Assembly: GCA_002269645.1 (NCBI GenBank)
Contig: NIVC01000889.1
Location: 248,001 to 312,000, forward strand
DNA: 64,000 nt
Reading direction: 5' to 3'
DNA from: Macrostomum lignano
Lineage: Eukaryota
Part shown: piece after piece, positions 53,109-64,000 of the stretch
How the letters are laid out: every line of letters starts with the position of its first letter
Numbering within the stretch: the stretch's first letter is position 1
The notes under the pieces: generated by a model
Told to the model about the DNA's origin: nothing
The model's database searches: none
Seen by the model: only the letters and a program-made list of their open reading frames with translations
Made by a program: the position numbers and the translations under genes

Positions 53109-56037
53109 CTAGCAATCTTCACCCCCCGATGGGGGACATCTGGATAGAATCCTTGTTCTTTAAAAATAACAAATAGACAGCGAAATAAAGCCTTTAAAAA
53201 ACAACAACAGACATTCCCTCTTAAAAACAAAACATCCCAAGACGGCAAGCATCCTCAGACAGCATTCAAGCATCGATCCCCAAATAGCAAGCATCCCCCA
53301 GACTGCAAGCATCCCCCAGGTAGCAAGCATTCCCCCGATAGCAAGCATCCCCCCCATAGCAAGCAACCCCAGATAGCAAGCATCCCCAGATAGCAAGCAA
53401 CCCCAGATAGCAAGCATCCCCAGATAGCAAGCATTCCCCCAGACCCCAGATAGTAAGCATCCCCCAGATAGCAAGCATCCCGCAGATAGCAAGCATCCCC
53501 CAGACAGCAAGCATCCCCAAATAGCAAGGATTTTCCCAGACCCTAGATAGTAAGCATCCCCAGATAGCAAGCATTCCCCCAGACCCCAGATAGTAAGCAT
53601 CCCCCAGATAGCAAGCATCCCGCAGATAGCAAGCATCCCACAGATAGCAAGCATCCCCCCATAGCAAGCAACCCCAGATAGCAAGCATCCCCAGATAGCA
53701 AGCAACCCCAGATAGCAAGCATCCCCAGATAGCAAGCATTCCCCCAGACCCCAGATAGTAAGCATCCCCCAGATAGCAAGCATCCCGCAGATAGCAAGCA
53801 TCCCCCAGATAGCAAGCATCCCCAGATAGCAAGCATTCCCCCAGACCCCAGATAGCAAGCATCCCCCAGATAGCAAGCATCCCCCAGATCGCAAGCATCC
53901 CCCAGACAGCAAGCAACCCCTGATAGCAAGGTTATCCATAACCTGGATGCAAAGATACCTTATAGATATCTAGCAACCCCCTCTCAGATAGCAAGTACCT
54001 CCACCCACAAGAGCAAGCATCTCCCTGTAAGCAAGTATCCATCCTTAAATAGCAAGCATCCACCAGAGAACAAGTAGCTAGTGCAACAATTTCCTTAGCT
54101 TTATAATGGTTCCATTTTGTTTGGCATGACACTTCTTTTATGTTTGAAATGGTGTCTCTTTTTTGTTTAAAAAGGTGGCTCTTTAATGTTTGACATGGTA
54201 GCTCTTCTATATTTGACATGGTAGCTCTTTTGTGTTTGACATGATAGCTCTTTAATGTTTTACATGGTGGCTCTTCTATGTTTGACATGGTGGCTCTTTA
54301 ATGTTTAACATGGTGGCTCTTCTATGTTTAACATGGTGGCTCTTCTATGTTTGACATGGTGGCTCTTTAATGTTTAACATGGTGGCTCTTCTATGTTTAA
54401 CATGGTGGCTCTTTAATGTTTGACATAATGGCTCTTTAATGTTCGAAATGGTGGCTCTTTAAAGTTTAACATAAAGTCACATATATGTTTGACATGGTGG
54501 CTCTTAAATGTTGGACATGGTGGCTCTTTTATGTTTGACATGGCAGCTTTTTAATCTTTGACATGGAGTCACGTATATGTTTGACATAGTGCTTATTTTA
54601 TGTTTGGCATAGTGGCTCTTTAATGTTTGACATAATGCCACATATATGTTTGACATGGTGGCTTTTAAATATTTGACATAGTGGCTCTTTAATATTCTAC
54701 ATGGTGGCTCTTTTATTTTCGACATGGTGGCTGTTTTTTTTTCTACATGGTAACTCTTTTATGTTTGATTCGGTGGCTTTTTAATGTCTGACATGGTGGC
54801 TGTTTTATGTTTGAAATGGTGGCTCTTCTTTGTTTGACATGGTGGCTCTTTAATGTTTAACATGGTGGCTCTTTTATGTTTGACACGGTGGCTCTTTAAT
54901 TTTCGACAAAGTGGCTATTTAATGTTTGACATGGTGGCTCTTAAATGTTTTACATGGTGGCTCTTTAATGTTCGAAATGGTGGCTCTTTAATGTTCGAAA
55001 TGGTGGCTCTTTAATGTTCGAAATGGTGGCTCTTTAATGTTCAAAATGGTGGCTCTTTAATGTTCAAAATTGTGGCTCTTTAAAGTTTGACATAAAGTCA
55101 CATATATGTTTGACATGGTGGCTCTTAAATGTTTGACATGGTGGCTCTTAAATGTTTGACATGGTGGCTCTTAAATGTTTGACATGGTGGCTCTTAAATG
55201 TTAGACGTGGTGGCTCGTTTAGGTTTGATATGGTGGCTCTTCTATGTTTGACATGGTGGCTTTTTAATCTTTGACATGGAGTCACGTATATGTTTGACAT
55301 AGTGCTTATTTTATGTTTGGCATGGTGGCTCTTTTATGTTTGACATGCTAACTCTTTTATATTCAAAATGTTGGCTCTTTAATGTTCGACATAGTGGCTC
55401 TTCTATGTTTGACATTGCGCTTCTCTTATGTTTAGCAGTTTTGTGTTTTTAAGGTGTTGTGATAAAAAAAATCTTTTTAAATTTTCTTTTTGCACTACTA
55501 AGTTTCGAACCCAGGTCGCTACGTTAGCATTCCAGTCTGTTCGCATCTTGGCTATCTCTTTTCAATTGGAGAACATGAATTGTGGCCCTTATAACTCAAT
55601 TCTTACAGCAAGTCAATTGAAGTAAAAAGTTATGACATAATCAATTTTTCAGTCAGCCAGTATCAGTCTCAATTTAAGTTAGCAATATGGTTACGCAATT
55701 TTAATCAAGTCGTATGTGCATTTCTTCGACACTGTTTTCAACTTGTTGTGATGCAATCTTTATCACAATCGGAATTCAGCCAGTCAGTTTTTTCTCTAGC
55801 ATTCTTACAATGCATTTCAAGTCGAAAATTTTGCTTGACCTTTGCAAAAAAGCATGTTTTTCGAATATTTAATCCCTTTATCATAGAGCAATTTCTTAGC
55901 CAAGATGCATGTACCGTCCCAGGAAAATTTCTGATCAAATGGTGCAAGTTTGAAGAAAATCGGTTGAGCCATTTTTTCTGAAATCTATCGCATACCTACC
56001 TACCCACATACAGACAACTCATTTTTAGTATATAGGA
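53109..56037 (-). mobile_element. Non-autonomous Helitron, unit 2 (2929 bp)
   Basis: Same termini and module order as unit 1; joined CTAG|TC to unit 1 with no intervening base. Confidence 0.85.
55503..55558 (-). ncRNA. tRNA-like Pol III promoter module in Helitron unit 2
   Basis: gagatagccaagatgcgaacagactggaatgctaacgtagcgacctgggttcgaaa. Confidence 0.5.
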
Positions 56038-59031
56038 CTAGCCAATTCCAACCCCCGTTGGGGCTTTCCGTCAGAACTCCTACCCAAGTTTTCCCACGCA
56101 AAAGAAATTCACCCAACTGAACCCCCCATCCAAAGAATCTCTCATCCATAAAGTCCCTGATGCAAATAATCTCACATGCAAAAAACCCTCATCCAAAGAA
56201 TCCCCATACAAGGAATCCCCCATCGACAGAATCCCCGAATCCGAAGAATACCCCATTCAAGGAATCCTCTATCTGTAGAATTCCCTATTTAATGAATCGC
56301 CCATCCATAGAATCTCACATGCAAAGAATACCAGTCCTTCTCGTCCCATCCCCATCCCATCCCATTGATAGAATCCCCGATCCAAAGAATTCCCCATTCA
56401 AGGAATCCTCCCATCTGAAGAATTCCCCGTCCAATGAATCCCTTATTCAAGAAATCCCCCATCCACAGAAACCCTCTATCCAAAGAATCCCCCCACCCAT
56501 CCCTATCCAAAGAATCGCCCATCCATCCCTATCTAAAGAATCCCCCATCCATCCCTATCCCAAGAATCCTCCTATTCATCCCTATCCAAAGAATTTCCCC
56601 ATCCATTCCTATCTAAATAATCCCCTTAACCATCCATATCCGAAAAATTCCTTGTCCAAAAAATCCCCCCCTCTAAAAAGTTCACATCCTTAAATAATCC
56701 CCCATCAAAAGAATAATTGGCCAAAGAATCCAGAATCCCCTCATCTAAAGAACCCCCGTTCAAATAACCCCCATCTAAAGAATCATTCATCTAAAGAACC
56801 CCCCATTCAAACAACCCTCTATCGAAACAATGCCCCACCGAAGAAATTGCCCAATGAATCACCTATCCAAATTTATCCATTAGAAGCATCCCTCATCCAA
56901 AGAATCATCAATCATTGGGTGAATGAATCAAAAGAATGAATCAAAAAATCCCCCATCCAAAGAACCCCTATCAATAGAATCCCGGATCCAAAGAATTTCC
57001 CATTCAAGGAATTCTCCTATCTGAAGAATTTTCCATCCAATGCATTGCCCATCCATAACATCTCACATGCAAAGAATCCCATTCAAAAGTATCCCTATTT
57101 AAAGAATCCCTCATTCACAGAATCCCCATCGAAAGAATCCACCCATCCATATCCAAAGAATCACCCATCCATCTCTATCCAAAGAAACCCCACACCCATT
57201 CATATCCAAAGAATCCCCCATCCATCCATCCCCATCCATTCCTAACTAAAGAATCTCCCTCCAAAGAATCCCCATGCAAATAATCCACGTCCAAATAATC
57301 CCCATCCACAGAATCTCCATCCACATTATCCATTGATTCTCCCATCAAAAGAATAATTGGCCAAAGAATACCCTCATCTAAAAAAACCCGTTAAAAAAAA
57401 TCCACGTCCAAATAATCCCAATCAACAGAATCCCCCATTCAAGGAATCCAAAGAATCTCCCATCCAAGTAATCCGCCCATTAATAGAATTCTTGGCCAAA
57501 GAATCCCCTCATCTCCTCGAGATATCCATTAGAAGCATCTCTCGTTCAAAGATTCCCCAATCCATAGAATTCCTCCCCAAGACTTAACATCTCAGCAATT
57601 CCCACCAAGCCTTGACACCTCAGAAATTCCCTCCAAGCCTTGACACCTCAGAAATTCCCTCCAAGCCTTGACACCTCAGAAATTCCCTCCAAGCCTTGAC
57701 ACCTCAGCAATTCCCACCAAGCCTTGACACCTCAGAAATTCCCTCCAAGCCTTGACATCTCAGCAATTCACTCTTAAGCCTTGGCATCTCAGTAATTCTC
57801 TCAGTAAGCCCTTATATCTCAGTAATTCCCCCAGTAAGTCTTGACATCTCAGCAATTCCCCTCATGTCTTGATATCTCAGCAATTCCCTCTTAGCCTTGG
57901 CATCTCAGTTTAATAAAATTTTTTGAATATACTACATGAATACTCGTAGCTTCTCTTCTACCTGATTTACCTGACGTTTTTTTTAGTTTTCTTTAGCTAA
58001 AAAGTTTAAAATTATTTTTTTTGAATAAAATACTTCTACAATTTAAAAATTCGAACCCACGTCGCTGCATTAGCAGGTCAGTCTGTTTACCTCTAGGCTA
58101 TCTCTCATTGTTTTGATAACATAAATTGTAGCACTTACGAGTACATAATTCAACACTTTCAAAACTCCACGCACAGAGTATGCGTCACATAGACACTCGC
58201 CCGGGGAAAAAGGGGGATACATCACATGACGCAGTTATGACATAATTTCTCAGCCAGTCTGTATCATTTCAAATAAAGTCACCAATATGGTTACGCAATC
58301 TAAATCTAAATTCAATGGCGCTGGCTTGAATTGTGGAGTTGCGATAAAGTAGGGGTTTGCGATATTGGAGAGCGTACAATGAGTATATAAAGTAAAATTC
58401 ATAGGAATCTTCTTTTTAATAATGTGCTTTTAATTTTTCGAATCTAAGCAAAGAAATTATATTCCCGAACTCAGCGTTTCAAGCTCTTTCTAGCAATACA
58501 AGGCTCTCTTCTGAAAGTAAAAAACTCGAAGCACAAACAACGATTGAAGATTCCTGCTTTAAAGCATTCAAATTCATAAGGTGTACATTCAGCGCCAGCT
58601 ACAGTGAGAGGCCTGCAAGTTGATGCATTGAAATTAACAACCAAGCCAGCCCATGAATAATTGTATAGCGACACCCGCCCCTCAATTAAAATGTGTTGCG
58701 CAACCTTTCAACGCTTGTAGCTCTCCACGCGAGTGTAGAGAACCAATGCTATAGTTGGCACTAAGTTATGATGCAATACAATTCCATTGGCAGTCAGACT
58801 GCTTCTCAATCGGAAAGAACTGTTTGAACTTTAAAAAACAGGGAGAAAATCGAGTTTTTCGAACATTTAATCCCTAAAAAATAAAGCAATTTCTTAGCAA
58901 AATTATGTGTACCAGCGCACCATCAATACGCATCGAATGCAGAAAACCCCGCAAAATTCGGACCACGCAGAGTCAAGTTAAACGAAGGTTCCTATAGATA
59001 GGTACATAGTTTTGATTTTTAGTATATTGGA
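56038..59031 (-). mobile_element. Non-autonomous Helitron, unit 3 (diverged subfamily, ~2994 bp)
   Basis: 5' TCCAATATACTAAAAATC; 3' CCCC-aac-GGGG hairpin then CTAG joined to the TC of unit 2. Shares aatttcttagc, atttaatccct, aatatggttacgcaat and gttatgacataat blocks with units 1-2, but carries different arrays (irregular aagaatcccc at 56100-57560; 28-bp ccaagccttgacacctcagaaattccct at 57590-57905). Confidence 0.78.
58049..58104 (-). ncRNA. tRNA-like Pol III promoter module in Helitron unit 3
   Basis: gagaTAGCCTAGAGGTAAacagactgacctgctaatgcagcgacgtgGGTTCGAATttttt: good A and B boxes followed directly by a T-run. Confidence 0.6.
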
Positions 59032-59269
59032 AATCTTTCTATTTTGCTACACGAATATGGATTATGGAGTATATGATATAGCTCGTATTTGCTAAATATA
59101 CAATAGTTGACTGCAATAATATAGCCTTCTATGCAATCTAAAGCATTCACAATGTTGCTTTGAATTGTGGAAAGTATAACTATAAGTTTCTTTTTGCAAA
59201 AAATCAATACAATTGCTGCATTGCATTCATCTGTTTTTTATTTTTAAAAAATATAAATAACGCTAAAAT

Positions 59270-59600
59270 GTTTTTACTACTACTAAGCAGAAAGTAGAGT
59301 AAACTGTCGTGTTGTGAAAATTAGCTGGAGGGGCCTATCTAGTGTTTATAGTATCTGTGATATATACATGTATTTTGTTTTGCATAGGCAGTAAATCTAG
59401 AGTAAAAAAGTTAGTTTTGGTCATACTAAACTTTGTTTTCCTGAATTTTGATTTTGAAAAATTTTAATTATGATTTTGGAAAGTTAGCAAATTTTGAATT
59501 CAACAGAAAATAATCCTAAAGTGTGGTAAAATAATTTGACTCTTTTTCTAAAGTGCGCATCCCTGAGTTTTCAACATTTATTCCAATAGGGGTACTTGTA
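59270..59600. repeat. Third fragment related to family B
   Basis: 59362-59600 matches 47118-47375 directly; 59270-59360 matches 48637-48720 in inverted orientation. Confidence 0.7.
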
Positions 59601-61688
59601 ATAATATCACACTGCTTATAGTGCTTGTCTATCTATTTGTAATTAAACTTAGTACAAGTTGTTAGTCCAACTATTGGTCCCAGACTCCAAGGTGTGTAGG
59701 AGACATGTACTCCATTTTTATACATACCCATTTGAAAATGTGTTCTTTGACAAGGTTAAAACAAAACAATTTAATTTGAATAGCAAAATCTAATGACAAT
59801 AATGTTAAATTTCAATGAACACTACAGCTTTCTTTAAACTTTAGCATTCACAAAACTGGTTATTTCCTAACTGACTACTTGCTTAATTGGCTGTTACCAA
59901 ATTCTAACAGCCAATTTCCAAGTGCTTTAACTTTGATTATTAAGTCTAAAAGACCATTTTTTATAACTTTAGGTTGTCTATTAGGTTCTAGTTTGTTAAT
60001 GATTTATAACTAATTGCATATATGTTTCAGTATAGGCATCTTTCATAAAAAGTATTATTGACCACTAACCAGCCAGACAAAATGTAAGGCATGCAATAGT
60101 TTGGCAAATAGCAAGCAAGAGGCAATAATAGAAAGTGGCCTCTAGCCAGGCAATAACTATTTATTTATAGACAACAGCATTAGCAAACAATATACATTAG
60201 CAATAATATTTAATTCTAAGGTTAAAGATGTGGAAATAGAAAAAGATAGTTTAATATAAATTAAAAATAAACCAAAAAATGTAGAAAAATAACTTAATAA
60301 GCAACATTATAAATTGAGCCAGTTGCACCATAAGACAGCTCACTAAAACAGAGCTGAGACACTATTAGCAAAATTTTTAGCAACCTCAGCTGCCTAATAA
60401 AACTAAGAGAAGTAACACTGCATAGTCCCACTCCTCTTAGTCACTAATGTGCATGATGTCAGACACTAGGAGGCCAAGCATGGATAACTAGGTGGCTCCT
60501 CTATATAGACTATGTATATGCATGGAATAAAGTTCTTATTGAAGGCCTCTTAGTTAGCAAGTGTGAGCTGCCACTTCTATCAGTGTAAGATCAGAATGGT
60601 AATTCCATTAACTGCAATCAAGTGCAGATGTGTCACTTGACTGCACTCACCAGACACAAGGCTAGCCCCCATGTCAATCTTAGCAGCAGTACCATGTGTT
60701 TTGAACTAGACTTGTACTTTGAGTCTTTATACTTTGTGTTTGTTAGGTCGGCTTACCTCTACATATATCCTAAGCTATTAGCTATTTGCTTTTTAATGCT
60801 TAAAGACTAAATTAGAATGTAATCTTAATTAATATATGCTTTGCAATATTTTTGCTTTGACTCAATTAAATATCATTTATTTTGTTAAGTTGATCTATTT
60901 GTTTTTTTATTTTGAAGTTTATCATACAAGTGTATTATTAAATAATTTATTAGCTATATATAAATGCCCAACACTTGTCTGACCTGTCCAAACCAGACAG
61001 GTGAAATGGCAAATAGCAAATGGAAAATGGAAAAAGTGTAAAAGGAAAAATTGTGGGAAGAAAAAAAGGAGAAGTAGAGAAAATAAAAAGAAAGGAAGGA
61101 GACAAGAGAGAGGGGAAAAAGGAGAGAGAAAGAGAAAAAAAGAGAAAAAGGCAAGAAAAGTCATACAAAGTGAAAATTAAGTTGCAATCGAGAGGAACTA
61201 AGTTGCAAATCTAGACAAATCTAAGTTGCACCAGGTGGGTGAAATTTCGAGGTTGGGCATGTATGAGACTATGTAAGGCATATATCCTAGAAGGCTTAGT
61301 AGGTAAATGAAAGGCATTTAATACACTTAGAAATATATGTTTAGTTTCTTATATATAAAAAACGAATAGTCAAAAGTAATTTCAATAATCCTGAGAGCTC
61401 CTGAGATATTAAAAGAAAAGGGGGTGTATCAGTATAAGCCATAAGTTAAAATGCTGCAGGTAAATGTGATAGTTGTGTTCCAAGTCAATGGCAGCCTAAA
61501 CTCAAAGCTAATATAGTGGTACCATTGAAGAGGCAAGAGTCCTACATGGAGAGGCAAACTGGTTCAAGTACCAATAAAAAACCTGCCTCCCCCAAGATGT
61601 CCCAGAGCCACGAGTTGAAAATGTTAAGTCACTGGAAGCCTGGTGGTCATAGTCTGCCACACCGCTACCTACCTACCGCCAGCCTAGT

Positions 61689-62000
61689 GGGTTGCAGCCT
61701 AGTGGTTAGAGCGTCGGACCTACAACTGGAAGGTCGGGGGTTCGATTCTTGACCCACTCGGAACAATTTGTGTCCTTGAGCAAGACACTTAACTCTGCAT
61801 TGCTTCAGTTCACCCAGCTGTAAAATGGGTGCCAGCATTAGCTGGGGTAATTGAGGGTGTGTGTGGCAACCCCCCAGTCCATGGACTGAACAGCCGTACG
61901 TAGCCTTCAGATGCGCCGCGCAATAGCTGCGGCTGAGCTGTCGGTTGCACATCTGGCCCAATTGGGGCGCCAGGTGTAATCAACTATTATTATTATATTA
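61689..62000 (+). mobile_element. tRNA-derived SINE, copy 4, full length with CORE-like central domain
   Basis: Head gggttgcagcctagtggttagagcgtcgg...ggttcgattc (A and B boxes); centre gtgtccttgagcaagacacttaactctgcattgcttcagttcacccagctgtaaaatggg; (TAT)n tail; 16-bp TSD TTAAGTCACTGGAAGC at 61624-61639 and 62001-62016. Confidence 0.92.
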
Positions 62001-62161
62001 TTAAGTCACTGGAAGCACTCAACGCCGCGTTGACCTACAGTCTGCAATTACTAGTTTTGTTAGTATCTGTGGATTAGGGTTAGGTTTAGGGCCAAGGTTG
62101 GCTACCAATTGTTGTCAACCAATTAAGGCACACTGACATTCCCTGCTTGCAAAAATTCCAG

Positions 62162-64000
62162 TCTCAATTAACAGCTTCATCATCAGCTGCCGGCTTCGAC
62201 ATTGAAGTCGCAGCCGATGCAGGCGCAGAAATTCCAGTTCGCCTACTGGATGACCTGTGCAGCCGGTTCATTGTTAACCTGCCCAGTCACTACTTCACTA
62301 ATGCTGTGAAACTGTTCTACGAGATTGAGCACGCCTATTGGTTCTATTTGGACAATCTGGTTGCTGAGCACAGTCTGAAGCCGATGAATATGTATCGATT
62401 CTCTGCTCTGGTGTTCCAGCACTGCAGCAAATTGGCCAGCTACACTTACACCTGGCAGGCTCATTATGACGAATGGCGCAAGACCAAAGCTGAGACGCCA
62501 ACCTGCGGCGCCGCCTTAATGAACTCAGATTTGGATCAGGTGTGATTTTTTGTTTAGAAATATCATGGACTGTATTTTAGTAAATATCGCCTCTGAATTA
62601 TATCCCGTTAGAAATGCATTGAAAAATCACTCCTGATGTCTGCCTCATTAGAAATCGCCCTGAACTCTCCACCTCATTAGAAATCGCCTCTGAACTCTCC
62701 ACCTCATTAGAAATCGCCCCTGAACTCTCCACCTCATTAGAAATCGCCCCTGAACTCCGTCTCATTAGAAATCGCCCCCTGAACTCTTTGCCTCTTTAGA
62801 AATCGCCCTTGAACTCTTTGCCTCATAAATCGCCTCTGAACTCTCCACCTCATTATAAATCACCCTTGAACTCTTTGCCTCATTAGAAATCGCCTCTGAA
62901 CTCTCCACCTCATTAGAAATCGCCCTTGAATTCTTTGCCTCATTAGAAATCGCCCTGAACTCTCCACCTCTAGAAATCGCCCCTGAACTCTTTGCCTCAT
63001 TAGAAATCGCCCCTGAACTCTCCACGTCTAGAAATCGCACCAACTGCAATCTGAGCCGCACCCTTCTCCCCCAGGTGGTGCTTGTCAAAGGCTTCACGCC
63101 CGGCTGGATGTTCCCGCGCGGCAAAATCAACGATCGCGAGGCTAAAGCAAAATTCTATCCCCAGGCCGCTGCCAGAGAAGTTCTGGAGGAGACCGGGTTT
63201 GACATTGGGCCGATACTGGACCCCGAGCTCTACATTGAACGGGTGGTGGGCTCGGCTCTGTCTAGGCTCTACTTAGTACCCGACGTGCCAATGGATTTCA
63301 AATTCAAACCGGAAACTCGAAACGAGATCGAAGCGATTCTGTGGTTCCGGCTGTCCGACCTGCCAACCAGCCGATCGGACGAGGACTGCGCCAGGCGGAT
63401 CGCTTTAAAGTCGAAAGATTTCTTTCTAGTGATACCGTTTGTGTCTCAGCTGCGCCGTTGGGCCGCGCTGGTCCGTCAGGGCGGCTTAAACCGGGTTGCG
63501 GCTCTGAGGAAGTCTGAAAATTCGTCTGTGCAGCAGCAGCAGCCGCCTCCGCTGATGCTTCAAGCTTCTGCAGCTGCCCAGCAACACCAGAAGCGATCTC
63601 AACAGCAGCGCAAAAATTCTAGATCTTCAGCTGCCGCTGCTGGCTCTGGCGATGCCGCGGCCGCTCCGTTGCCTGTCAATAATACTACTACTACAACTAC
63701 TACTAACAGTAGTAATAATAATAATAATAAAGAAAATGGCGGGGGAGGCAGGCGCGGTGGAAAACAGAAACGTGGTGGTGGCGGTGGCGGCGGAGGTCGC
63801 GGCCGAACGCCTTCAACTTCCGCCGCTGCTGTTGCTGCAGATTCAGCCGCATCATCCAACGCTGCGGCAGCCACAGCCGCATCATCCAACGCTGCGGCAG
63901 CCACAGCCGCATCTCTGGGCCTGTCCCATCCAGTTGTCAAGTCTCCGTCGGGCATTCTAACCGTCCCTGATGCCGATTCTATGAGTTTTCAAGAGTTGAA
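62162..64000 (+). CDS. DCP2: mRNA decapping enzyme Dcp2 (Box A plus Nudix domain, low-complexity tail), 3' partial
   Basis: Exon ~62162-62539 (IPVRLLDDLCSRFIVNLP...IEHAYWFYLD...PTCGAALMN) splices in phase 0 to 63075->64000 (VVLVKGF...WMFPRGKIN...REVLEETGFDI...PETRNEIEAILWFRLSDLP), which is open to the window end. Start uncertain; one candidate is ATGCTGCAG|GT at 61451-61459. Confidence 0.9.
62640..63035. repeat. Intronic minisatellite, 30-bp unit (ctcattagaaatcgcccctgaactctccac)
   Basis: About 13 copies in Dcp2 intron 62540-63074. Confidence 0.93.

Noticed and set aside
53160-53939. 259-aa, 216-aa and similar GCLLSG / MLAIWG ORFs, also 50190-50845 and 56160-56693
   Set aside because: Translations of Helitron-internal minisatellites.
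62076-62094. ttagggttaggtttaggg telomere-like motif
   Set aside because: Only about three imperfect units; not enough to call an interstitial telomeric tract.

Overview
Intron-rich, repeat-rich animal genomic DNA with GC-rich exons and AT-rich intergenic blocks. The style resembles a free-living flatworm such as Macrostomum, but this is inference only. Five host genes were reconstructed by reading splice sites by eye. (1) A complete 15-exon laminin gamma chain (minus, 737-14302, ~1682 aa). (2) A divergently transcribed gene that appears to join ~15 ankyrin repeats to a C-terminal STE/MAP3K-like kinase (15951-21523); the ORF track shows it as four separate ORFs. (3) A highly divergent annexin lacking recognisable Ca2+-binding motifs (22984-27015). 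(4) Importin alpha, KPNA2-like (38352-42839). (5) mRNA decapping enzyme Dcp2 (from ~62162, running off the window). About half of the introns are filled by intron-specific minisatellites. The region 28.5-60 kb is a nest of mobile elements: a full-length hAT with TIRs and 8-bp TSD but a dead transposase, a spliced RPA70-like pseudogene, an inverted pair of 0.8-kb MITEs, MULE and P/THAP transposase relics, a Penelope-like remnant with two hammerhead ribozymes, four tRNA-derived SINEs across the window, and several non-autonomous Helitrons in head-to-tail tandem. The most striking pattern is that an hAT, a Penelope element and other Helitrons all sit within the first ~15 bp of Helitron 5' termini. 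No database searches or alignments were run. All homology calls come from motif recognition and need confirmation.
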